Made by a program: the position numbers and the translations under genes
DNA from: Thermoproteota archaeon
GTDB taxonomy: Archaea; Thermoproteota; Methanomethylicia; Methanomethylicales; Methanomethylicaceae
Length of the DNA stretch: 64,000 nt
Assembly (NCBI GenBank): GCA_020832905.1
Contig: JAJHRG010000001.1
Coordinates: 474,903 to 538,902 of the forward strand
Direction of reading: 5' to 3'
The notes under the pieces: model-generated
Databases searched by the model: none
The model's input: the letters and a program-made list of their open reading frames with translations, nothing else
Told to the model about the DNA's origin: nothing
In this document: in pieces, positions 8,809 to 16,699 of the stretch
Layout: each line of letters opens with the position of its first letter
Position numbering within the stretch: position 1 is the first letter of the stretch

Positions 8809-9852
8809 ATGAAAAAAGAAGAGATGACTCCATATGATCGCTTAATGACTGCTTTTGAAAGAAAAAAACCTGATAGAGTGCCAGTAACTCCTTTTGTAAG
8901 AGAATGGGCAGTAAGACAAGCAGGTTTTAAATTTTCTGAAGTTATGACAAATCCTGAAAAATATGTTTATTCTCAATTATATGCAATAAGAAAATATGGA
9001 TATGATATGGTTCTTGATTTACTTGCTGTACATGCAGAATCTGAAGCTATGGGAAGTATTCTTAAGATACCAGAAGATGCTCCACCATCAGTTGATATAC
9101 CTGCTGTTCAAGATTATTCAAAAGATTTACCTAAATTAAAAATACCTCATCCAAGAAGAGATGGTCGTCTTCCAATTATATTAGAAGGAATACGTAGACT
9201 TAAACAAGCAGTTGGTGGTTATATACCTGTAATGGGTTATGTACAAGCATGTTGGAGACATACATGTATGTTAAGAGGTACTGAAAAAGCTCTTTTAGAT
9301 ATGAAGAAAAATCCTGATCAACTAAAAGAATTAATTGAAATTGCTACTGAGAGTTTAATTGTATATGCTGAAGCTGTTGTTGAAGCAGGTGCAGATTTGA
9401 TATGGGTTTCAGATCCTACATCTTCAGGTGATATGATATCAAGAAAAGCATTTGAAGAATTTGTATTTCCATATTTAAGAAGAGAAATTAGAGCAATAAA
9501 AAGAATGGGTGTTAAAGTATTTTTACATATATGTGGAAATGTAAATGATAGACTAGATCTAATGGCAGATACTGGTGCTGATGCAATAAGTGTAGATGAA
9601 AAAGTAGATTTGGCAAGAGCAAAATCTTTAGTAGGACATAAAGTATGTATTATGGGTAATATTAGTCCAGGGGTTACTTTGCTTCAAAAAACTCCAAAAG
9701 ATGTAGAAGAAGAATGTAAAATTGCTTTAGAAAAAGCCATGGCTGGAGGAGGATTTGTTTTAGCATCAGGATGTATTGTTCCTGCAGCTGCACCTGGTGA
9801 AAATATAGCAGCTATGGTAGAAGCTGCAAGAAAGTATGGTTTCTATGAGTAA
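8809..9852 (+). CDS. URO-D-family corrinoid-dependent methyltransferase (MtaA/CmuA/O-demethylase-type)
   Basis: 347 aa. 'KPDRVPVTPF' N-terminus, 'FLHICGN' and 'ASGCIVPAAAP' Zn-ligand regions of the uroporphyrinogen-decarboxylase-like methyltransferase family. Confidence 0.8.
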   Translation: MKKEEMTPYDRLMTAFERKKPDRVPVTPFVREWAVRQAGFKFSEVMTNPEKYVYSQLYAIRKYGYDMVLDLLAVHAESEAMGSILKIPEDAPPSVDIPAVQDYSKDLPKLKIPHPRRDGRLPIILEGIRRLKQAVGGYIPVMGYVQACWRHTCMLRGTEKALLDMKKNPDQLKELIEIATESLIVYAEAVVEAGADLIWVSDPTSSGDMISRKAFEEFVFPYLRREIRAIKRMGVKVFLHICGNVNDRLDLMADTGADAISVDEKVDLARAKSLVGHKVCIMGNISPGVTLLQKTPKDVEEECKIALEKAMAGGGFVLASGCIVPAAAPGENIAAMVEAARKYGFYE

Positions 9853-9863
9853 GAGGTGATATT

Positions 9864-10508
9864 ATGGAGAAAGAGGAAATTTTTAAAAATCTTGCTAAAT
9901 GTGTTGTAGATGGTGATGAAGAAGGAGCAAAGAAATGGGCAGAAGAAGCTATAAAAGCTGGAATAGATGCTTATGAAGCAATAATGAAGGGATTAGCAGA
10001 AGGAATGAAAGTTGTAAGTGAAAAGTATGAAAAAGGAGAATACTATGTTCCTGAAGTTTTATTATCTGCTTCTGCTATGACTGCAGCAGTAGAAATACTT
10101 AAGCCACATATAAAAGTAGAAAAAGCAGAAAAACCTATTACAATTGTAATTGGAGTTGTTGAAGGAGATATTCATGATATTGGTAAAAATCTAGTAAAAA
10201 TAATGCTAGAAAGTGCTGGATTTAAAGTTATAGATCTTGGTAGAGATGTACCATTATCAAAATTTGTAGAAGAAGCAAAGAAGCATAATGCTGATGTAAT
10301 TGCTATGTCTGCTTTAATGACAACAACAATGCCAGGAATGAAAAAAGTAATCGAATTACTTATAAAAGAAGGATATAGAGATAAAGTAAAAACAATAATT
10401 GGAGGAGCACCAACATCACTAGAATATGCAAAATCTATAGGTGCTGATGCTTGGGCTAAGGATGCATCTGAAGCAGTTGATGTAATTAGAAATCTAGTAG
10501 CTAAATAA
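9864..10508 (+). CDS. Corrinoid (cobalamin-binding) protein, MtaC/MtbC/MttC-like
   Basis: 214 aa. N-terminal helical cap domain, then the B12-binding Rossmann domain with 'EGDIHDIGKNLV' (DxHxxG), 'SALMTTTM' and 'IGGAP'. A GAGGTGAT Shine-Dalgarno lies 3 nt before the ATG. Confidence 0.9.
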   Translation: MEKEEIFKNLAKCVVDGDEEGAKKWAEEAIKAGIDAYEAIMKGLAEGMKVVSEKYEKGEYYVPEVLLSASAMTAAVEILKPHIKVEKAEKPITIVIGVVEGDIHDIGKNLVKIMLESAGFKVIDLGRDVPLSKFVEEAKKHNADVIAMSALMTTTMPGMKKVIELLIKEGYRDKVKTIIGGAPTSLEYAKSIGADAWAKDASEAVDVIRNLVAK

Positions 10509-10516
10509 TTTTTTAT

Positions 10517-11188
10517 ATGCCACAAGTTATTCTAGATTCTGTTACAAAAAAGTATAAAGTTGCAGGAAGAGAAATTATAGCTCTAGATTCTATTTCTTTA
10601 GAATTTCCAGAAAAAGGTATTGTTGTTATAGCAGGACCATCAGGAGCAGGAAAAACTACATTAATAAAGATAATTGCAGGCTTAGAAATACCAACATCTG
10701 GTTCTGTTTTTATTGATGGTGTTGATATATCTCATTTAAGTGGTTATGAAATTGCATGGTTTAGAAGAAAGAAAATTGGATTTAAACCTCAAGATCCAGT
10801 ACTAATACCACAATTAACTGTATTAGAAAATGTTGCTCTTCCTTTACTTATAAATTATATTGAAAAAGAAAAAGCATTTAAAGCTGCTAAAGAACTTCTT
10901 GAAGAATTAGAACTTTCTGAAAGAATTTATCATAGACCTTCACAATTAAGTGGTGGAGAATATGAAAGAGTAAGTTTAGCTCAAACTATTATAGGATCTC
11001 CTCCTATTGTAATACTTGATGAACCAACTGCTCATCTTGATATTTTAACTTCAAAAAAAGTAGCTAATATATTAAAGAGAAGACAAAGAGAAACAGGTTC
11101 TCTTTACATTATTACTACACTTGAAGAATCACTTATTGAAGGTGCTGATAAGATTTTTAATTTAGTTAAAGGTAAATTAATAAGATAA
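10517..11188 (+). CDS. ABC transporter ATP-binding protein (MacB/LolD/FtsE-like)
   Basis: Walker A 'GPSGAGKTT', signature-like 'LSGGEYERV', Walker B 'VILDEPT'. Confidence 0.9.
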   Translation: MPQVILDSVTKKYKVAGREIIALDSISLEFPEKGIVVIAGPSGAGKTTLIKIIAGLEIPTSGSVFIDGVDISHLSGYEIAWFRRKKIGFKPQDPVLIPQLTVLENVALPLLINYIEKEKAFKAAKELLEELELSERIYHRPSQLSGGEYERVSLAQTIIGSPPIVILDEPTAHLDILTSKKVANILKRRQRETGSLYIITTLEESLIEGADKIFNLVKGKLIR

Positions 11189-11191
11189 AAA

Positions 11192-12109
11192 ATGGGTTTA
11201 ATTGATAAGTATATAGATCCAAAAACAGAAGCAATTCTTAGAATTGTAATTAAAAAAATAGTTCATAGATTTCCATTAAGTTTATGCATGATAATAAGTA
11301 CCACTATTCTTACTTATATATTCATATTTTATGAAGTTTTATTAGTAGGATGGAATGTATTTATTGTATTAATTATGACATTTCTTTTAGCAATTACAAC
11401 TTCTTTTGCTTTTGAATATGATACAAAAGATGAATTAATGAATTTAATAAATATAGGAGTTTCTCCATCAGATATTTTTAAAATTGGAATAATTAGATTA
11501 TTGTCCATTTCATTAATAGGTTATTTTATTGGTATAATATTTGCTATTATCTTTCCATTATCTGAAATAAAAAATAATATGTTATTTTATTCTTTTCTAA
11601 TTTCTATAATACTAGGTATATTTCCTTCACTTTACTCATCTTTAAAATCAATGCAAATTAGTTTAGTAGGAAGAATAGCTTTTAGACCACTTATGGAAAA
11701 TATTGCACCAGTAATTCTTTCAGTTAAAGAATTACCTTATGTAAAAGATTATATTGAAGAAAGATTAAAAGAAAGAGAAGATTTAGTAATACTAAATGTA
11801 AGTACAAAAGAGAATTCAATTGAAATTTTATGTAGATATTTAGGAGATACTGGAAGATTAACTTTTGCTACATTATCATCACTTGGTATAAATCCATATG
11901 AAAGTCTAAAAAATGATGAAACACTACCAATTATAGGAGCCAGAGTAATTGTAAAAGAAGGAAGTAAAACAATTATTGATTATTGGGAAGGAAAAGAAAA
12001 GAAAAAATCCTTTATTTCTCAAAGCTTTCAATCATATATTCAACAATTATTAATAGAATATAAAGTATTTAAGAGTAAAGGAAGAGGTTTTGAGTTTAAG
12101 TCATATTAG
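11192..12109 (+). CDS. Membrane protein, minimal FtsX-like permease with C-terminal soluble domain (uncertain)
   Basis: 305 aa, starting 3 nt after the ABC ATPase gene. The first ~150 aa contain about four hydrophobic helices, including an FtsX-like 'LINIGVSPSDIFKIGIIRLLSISLIGYFIG'. The remaining ~150 aa are hydrophilic and have no motif I recognise. Confidence 0.5.
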   Translation: MGLIDKYIDPKTEAILRIVIKKIVHRFPLSLCMIISTTILTYIFIFYEVLLVGWNVFIVLIMTFLLAITTSFAFEYDTKDELMNLINIGVSPSDIFKIGIIRLLSISLIGYFIGIIFAIIFPLSEIKNNMLFYSFLISIILGIFPSLYSSLKSMQISLVGRIAFRPLMENIAPVILSVKELPYVKDYIEERLKEREDLVILNVSTKENSIEILCRYLGDTGRLTFATLSSLGINPYESLKNDETLPIIGARVIVKEGSKTIIDYWEGKEKKKSFISQSFQSYIQQLLIEYKVFKSKGRGFEFKSY

Positions 12110-12815
12110 GTTTTCCTATTGGACATACTTTTATACATATACCACAGACTGTAGCAGCATAAGCTGATTGAAAAGACTTCTTTAAAAGAACATTCTTAAG
12201 ATTTTCTAATCTTTCTGAACATTTTTTAGCATCAAATATTTCTTCTCTTGATTTTGGATAATATTCAAAATTTGAATACTTTAATGCACCTGTAGGACAG
12301 GAATCGATGCATAATCTACAATCACCACATTGGTTTTTCATAGGAATACCAGGTTCTAAGGGCATATTAGTTAATATACTACCAAGACGAATTCTAGGTC
12401 CATATATTGGATTTATTAATAAACCATTTCTACCAATCCATCCTAATCCAGCAGCACATGCAATTGCTTTATGAGATATATGACCTACTAGCTTTTCTAT
12501 ATCTTCTCTTAAAGATGCTGGAATAATTAATGATAAATAACCCTTACTTGAAATCCATCCTGCTATTCTCATAGAGATTAAATCAATAAGATTATTAGCT
12601 AAATGATAAGCATGAGCATATAAAATTCCAGGATTATCAGTTTGAATAAGTTCAATAGCATAATTTGGAAGTGCAACTCCAATTGAAATTCCATATTTGA
12701 ACTTATCTATTTTGATATTATATGTTGGTAAATCTCTAAGTAATGATAAATCAGCAACTCCAATAATACTTGCACCAGCTATTTTTGCAATAGAGAAAAG
12801 TTCATCATTCTTCAT
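12096..12815 (-). CDS. QueG-like (COG1600) protein with two 4Fe-4S ferredoxin motifs
   Basis: 239 aa. 'ISHKAIACAAGLGWIGRNGLLINPIYGPRIRLGSILTNMPL' matches the core of epoxyqueuosine-reductase-like proteins. This is followed by 'CGDCRLCIDSCPTGAL' and 'CGICIKVCPIG'. Confidence 0.65.
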   Translation of the reverse strand: MKNDELFSIAKIAGASIIGVADLSLLRDLPTYNIKIDKFKYGISIGVALPNYAIELIQTDNPGILYAHAYHLANNLIDLISMRIAGWISSKGYLSLIIPASLREDIEKLVGHISHKAIACAAGLGWIGRNGLLINPIYGPRIRLGSILTNMPLEPGIPMKNQCGDCRLCIDSCPTGALKYSNFEYYPKSREEIFDAKKCSERLENLKNVLLKKSFQSAYAATVCGICIKVCPIGKPNMT

Positions 12816-12830
12816 AATAATAATTAAAAA

Positions 12831-13793
12831 TTACTTAATTATAAGTTTTCTTAAACCTAACCAACTCATTAATATTAGTAATGCACTTAAATAAAACATA
12901 ATAATATAACTAATATTCCATAATATAAATGCAATAATAGGTCCAAATATAGATATTATAAAAGAATTTCTAGAAAATTTATACTCACTAAATACTTTCT
13001 TATTTCTATTTAAAATAACTATAAAAGAATTTAAAAAACTTAAGTCAATTAATATAAATATCCATAATAGAATAAATATGAAAATATTATTTACAAATCC
13101 TATTAGTAATAAAGAAAGAAATAATGAAATAATTAATAATCTTCCTAATCCTTCTTGAATAATTTTTCTTTTGTTTATTTGCCATCCTATTATATGAGTA
13201 ATTATTAATGAAGTTGTTAATACTATTCCTATTTTTATAATATCAATACCTATTATTTCTAATGCTATTATAGGAAGAAAAATTGTTCCTATACTTCCTC
13301 CTAATCCAATTCCTATAGATATTAACCATCCTTCTAATTTAAAGCTCTTTATTTCATCTTCAGGAATTTTTGGTTTTGCTACTATTATTTTAAGTGAAAA
13401 TATTAAAAATACAGAAAGAATTAATGCTAAAACTCCTGAAATTAATAACAATTTATCTACTTCATAAAAATAAATAATAATAGCTCCTATGATTGGAAAT
13501 AAAGAAAAAATAATAAGTTTTGATAAGTTAAGAACTGCATAAGAAGGTAGTGATAGTAATCCTCCAATTGAAATTCCTAATAATAAAGAAAATAATATTG
13601 AGAAATATCCATAACCATATGATAAGAAAAGAATAGTAGTAATAACATGTGAAGTAAGAAAAATACCAGTAATTCTAGATAGTGAGGTTTTAGATTTATT
13701 GTAATAAATACTTCCTATAAAAAATCCAATATAGTATGTAGTAAGAGAAATACTTGTTATAAATAAATCTTGAATCCTCATCCATAATATCAA
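12831..13793 (-). CDS. Polytopic integral membrane protein (about 10 TM helices), function unknown
   Basis: 320 aa, almost entirely hydrophobic helices, TTG start. The 5' end is uncertain (see the finding on 13794-13880). Confidence 0.6.
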   Translation of the reverse strand: MILWMRIQDLFITSISLTTYYIGFFIGSIYYNKSKTSLSRITGIFLTSHVITTILFLSYGYGYFSILFSLLLGISIGGLLSLPSYAVLNLSKLIIFSLFPIIGAIIIYFYEVDKLLLISGVLALILSVFLIFSLKIIVAKPKIPEDEIKSFKLEGWLISIGIGLGGSIGTIFLPIIALEIIGIDIIKIGIVLTTSLIITHIIGWQINKRKIIQEGLGRLLIISLFLSLLLIGFVNNIFIFILLWIFILIDLSFLNSFIVILNRNKKVFSEYKFSRNSFIISIFGPIIAFILWNISYIIMFYLSALLILMSWLGLRKLIIK

Positions 13794-13932
13794 TACTATT
13801 AAATAGTGAAGAATTCCAGCTATTGGAAATGTAAGTGATAAAATAAATTTAAATAACTTTAAGTAATCTATACATCATTCCCTCCGTTAAATTTTTTTAA
13901 ATGATAGTCCTATATATAATTTAGGTGAATAT

Positions 13933-14256
13933 ATGGAAAAGCCAAAGCTTACTATTATGCAAGAATTAATAATAGAAGGAATTTTGAAAAAAATTGGTGA
14001 TGAAAGTAAAGTAGGAACTGCTGAAGTAAGTAGTGGTGATATACTTGGATATGTTACTAATGAAATGACAAAAAGAAAAGATAGTGGAATAAAAGGAACA
14101 GTTGCTGCTACTAGAGGTTGGGCAGATATGTTTAGATTAGCAGTTAAAGATTTAGTTGAAAAAGGATATTTAAAAGAAAAGAAAGGATTGATATCTTCAA
14201 AGCTTATCCTCACAAAAGAAGGTCTTGAGGCTTATAAAAAACATAAAGGAATATAA
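13933..14256 (+). CDS. Small soluble protein, possible winged-helix fold
   Basis: 107 aa with balanced charged composition ('AVKDLVEKGYLKEKKGLISSKLILTKEGLEAYKK'). The antisense ORF 13887-14213 is Ser/Phe/Ile-rich low complexity and is rejected. Confidence 0.5.
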   Translation: MEKPKLTIMQELIIEGILKKIGDESKVGTAEVSSGDILGYVTNEMTKRKDSGIKGTVAATRGWADMFRLAVKDLVEKGYLKEKKGLISSKLILTKEGLEAYKKHKGI

Positions 14257-14257
14257 A

Positions 14258-14875
14258 ATGTTTAAAAAATTAATTTCTTTTCTTATTATTCACAAAAATT
14301 TTTTTAAATTATATGAAAAGATAATTTATTCTCTTGGATTATTATCTGTACCTTTTATATTAATCTCAATAACTTTCTTAATTGCTTATGGTAGCATTCC
14401 AAAAATACTTTTACCATCTTCTCTAGATTATATTTCCTTTTTCATAATAATATCTTCATTTATTATCAGTATTTTTTTACATGAAATTTCTCATGTTATT
14501 ATTCTTACTAATAGAGATATTAGCAATATAAACTTAGGTATTTCTTTACGTGGAATTATTGGTGGATTTATAAGTGCAAATATAGATGTAAAAACTTATA
14601 ATGAAATTATATTACCATTTTATTCAAGTGGTCTAGGTCTTAATTTTCTATTATTTCTTATTTTTCTTCCTTTCTTTTATATAAATTCATATTTACATAT
14701 AATTTCAGTAATCAATTTTTGGTTACTATTTATGAATGGCATTCCTGCTCCTTTTGTTGATGGAGGAAAATTATTTGAAATCCTATCGAAAAGAGTTAAT
14801 ATAGAACTAGAATATATTTCAATTGTCATTATACTTATTTGGCTTTTAATATTTATTATTAGAATATTCATGTAA
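14258..14875 (+). CDS. Minimal site-2 protease (peptidase M50 family)
   Basis: 'LHEISHVI' (HExxH) inside a TM helix and 'MNGIPAPFVDGGKL' (NxxPxxxxDG) are the two M50 signature motifs. ATG 14258 lies 1 nt after the upstream stop, so the track start 14225 is rejected. Confidence 0.7.
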   Translation: MFKKLISFLIIHKNFFKLYEKIIYSLGLLSVPFILISITFLIAYGSIPKILLPSSLDYISFFIIISSFIISIFLHEISHVIILTNRDISNINLGISLRGIIGGFISANIDVKTYNEIILPFYSSGLGLNFLLFLIFLPFFYINSYLHIISVINFWLLFMNGIPAPFVDGGKLFEILSKRVNIELEYISIVIILIWLLIFIIRIFM

Positions 14876-14948
14876 ATTAAAATTTTATTAACAAAAATTT
14901 ATAAGAACTTTTGAATTATTAAGAAGAAATTTATAAAATTTTTGGAAA

Positions 14949-14970
14949 ACGTTATAAATACGTTATAATA
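14949..14970 (+). promoter_or_regulatory. Tandem 11-nt BRE/TATA-like repeat upstream of cstA
   Basis: 'ACGTTATAAAT' (14949-14959) is directly followed by 'ACGTTATAATA' (14960-14970), 26-47 nt upstream of ATG 14996. An AGGGGT Shine-Dalgarno-like element lies at about 14982. Confidence 0.3.
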
Positions 14971-14995
14971 CTATTTATTATAGGGGTATACTATT

Positions 14996-16666
14996 ATGCA
15001 AATGACAACTACATATTTAGTAATAATTGGTCTTGCATTTTGGTTATTCGGTATATTTGTTATTTCAAAGAAACTTGAAAAAGCATACTTTACACCTGAT
15101 CCTAATAGAAGAACTCCTGCTGTAGCTTTTAGAGATGATTTTGACTTCTATCCTGCAAATCCATATTCATTATTTGGTGATCATTGGGCAGCAACTGCAG
15201 GAGGAGCACCTCTATCAGGTGGTGTAGCAATAGCTCAGTGGGGATGGGCCTCAGGTATATTATATGTACTTCCAGTTAACATATTATTAGGAGCAGTTCA
15301 TGATTATGCTACTGGATTTGTTGCTATGCGTCAGCGTGGTCAAACACTAAGTGAAGTATCATATAGATGGATTACTCCTCTATCAGGTATTCTCTTTGTA
15401 TTTTTAGGTTATATTGCAATTGTAAGCTTTTGTGCAGCATTTGTTAGATTAGTAATAGTTGGAACAACAGGATTTCCAGCTCTTTTCATTCCTGTAATTT
15501 TACTAGCAGTAATAGGTCCTCCTAGTGGTTATTTACTTTATAGAAAGGGATGGCCTGTATGGCTTGTTGGAATAGTTCAGTATGTTATATTCTTAATAGC
15601 TTTATATGTGGGCTTAATGTATCCAGTAAAACTTCCTGTAGAATTTTGGTATTTATTTCTTGCAATTATAGGAATATTAGCTGCATGTCTTCCTAATTGG
15701 CTATATTCAGAACCAGCAAACTTCATGATGTTTTTATATATGACTACAGGTGTTGTATTGCTATTCTTAGGAGCTCTTATTTCAAATATGCCAGTAGAAT
15801 TTCCAGCTCTTATTTTCTATGATCCAAAATTAACACCTAGTGGATGGTTCTATCCTGGTATTACTATGATGGTATCATGTGGTGCACTTACAGGAATGCA
15901 TGTATATTGGATAGGTGCATATACATGTAAGCGTTTTCCTGAAGAAAAATGGGTAAGAATAATTGGATATGGTGGAGAAGTCTTAGAAAGTGTAGGTTTA
16001 TGGACTGCATTTTTAGCAATGCTAGTTCTTCCTGTAACAGAATATCTTCCAGCATTAAAAGCAGGTTGGACTGTAGCATATGGTGTAGGTTTTTCAAAAA
16101 TTGTAGGTACAATATTACCATTACCTGTAGATATGCTTAAAATACTTGGTATGTGGGTTGCTTTAGTATTCATAATAAGTACTTACTATTCAGGATTTAG
16201 AAATATGCGTGTACTAGGCTTAGAATTTGTACAATTAGTTACAAAAAGAAAAATAACAAAGCATGTTACAGCATCTAGATGGATTGCTGCTATTGTAACA
16301 GCACTTATTGTAATTGGTCTTGCAGTAAGTGCTGGTTATTTATACATATGGGCATTATTCCCAATATTATCAACATCATTAGCAGTATTTTCATTCATAA
16401 TAGTTGGTGAATGGTGTAGATTACATGGAAAGAATCCAATATACTGGAGAATTGCTATGTTAGTAACATTATGTGGAATATCTCTTCCAGCATCAATTTA
16501 TGGTGCATGGTGGAACTTCATGGCAGGTGCATATGTTCCTGGTGTAGTATCATTAATAGCAGCAATTGTCACATTAATATACGTAGCTGAATGGGCTAGA
16601 AAAAGATGGAGACGTGGATATACACCAGAGGAAAGAGAGCAATTCCTTAAATTCGAACAATTCTAA
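14996..16666 (+). CDS. cstA: Carbon starvation protein A family transporter (peptide/pyruvate uptake)
   Basis: 556 aa polytopic protein. The N-terminal 'NPYSLFGDHWAATAGGAPLSGGVAIAQWGW' corresponds to the CstA signature region (GHHFAAIAGAGPLVGP...). Confidence 0.8.
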   Translation: MQMTTTYLVIIGLAFWLFGIFVISKKLEKAYFTPDPNRRTPAVAFRDDFDFYPANPYSLFGDHWAATAGGAPLSGGVAIAQWGWASGILYVLPVNILLGAVHDYATGFVAMRQRGQTLSEVSYRWITPLSGILFVFLGYIAIVSFCAAFVRLVIVGTTGFPALFIPVILLAVIGPPSGYLLYRKGWPVWLVGIVQYVIFLIALYVGLMYPVKLPVEFWYLFLAIIGILAACLPNWLYSEPANFMMFLYMTTGVVLLFLGALISNMPVEFPALIFYDPKLTPSGWFYPGITMMVSCGALTGMHVYWIGAYTCKRFPEEKWVRIIGYGGEVLESVGLWTAFLAMLVLPVTEYLPALKAGWTVAYGVGFSKIVGTILPLPVDMLKILGMWVALVFIISTYYSGFRNMRVLGLEFVQLVTKRKITKHVTASRWIAAIVTALIVIGLAVSAGYLYIWALFPILSTSLAVFSFIIVGEWCRLHGKNPIYWRIAMLVTLCGISLPASIYGAWWNFMAGAYVPGVVSLIAAIVTLIYVAEWARKRWRRGYTPEEREQFLKFEQF

Positions 16667-16699
16667 ATTTTTAAATATTTTTTTATTTTTTATTTTTAT

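Noticed and set aside
12096-12815. QueG-like Fe-S protein as the RamA-type reductive activase of the neighbouring corrinoid protein.
   Set aside because: RamA-type activases combine a ferredoxin-like domain with a large ASKHA-fold ATPase domain. This 239-aa protein has no ATPase motifs, and its core block matches the QueG/COG1600 family instead. An activating role remains only a loose possibility.
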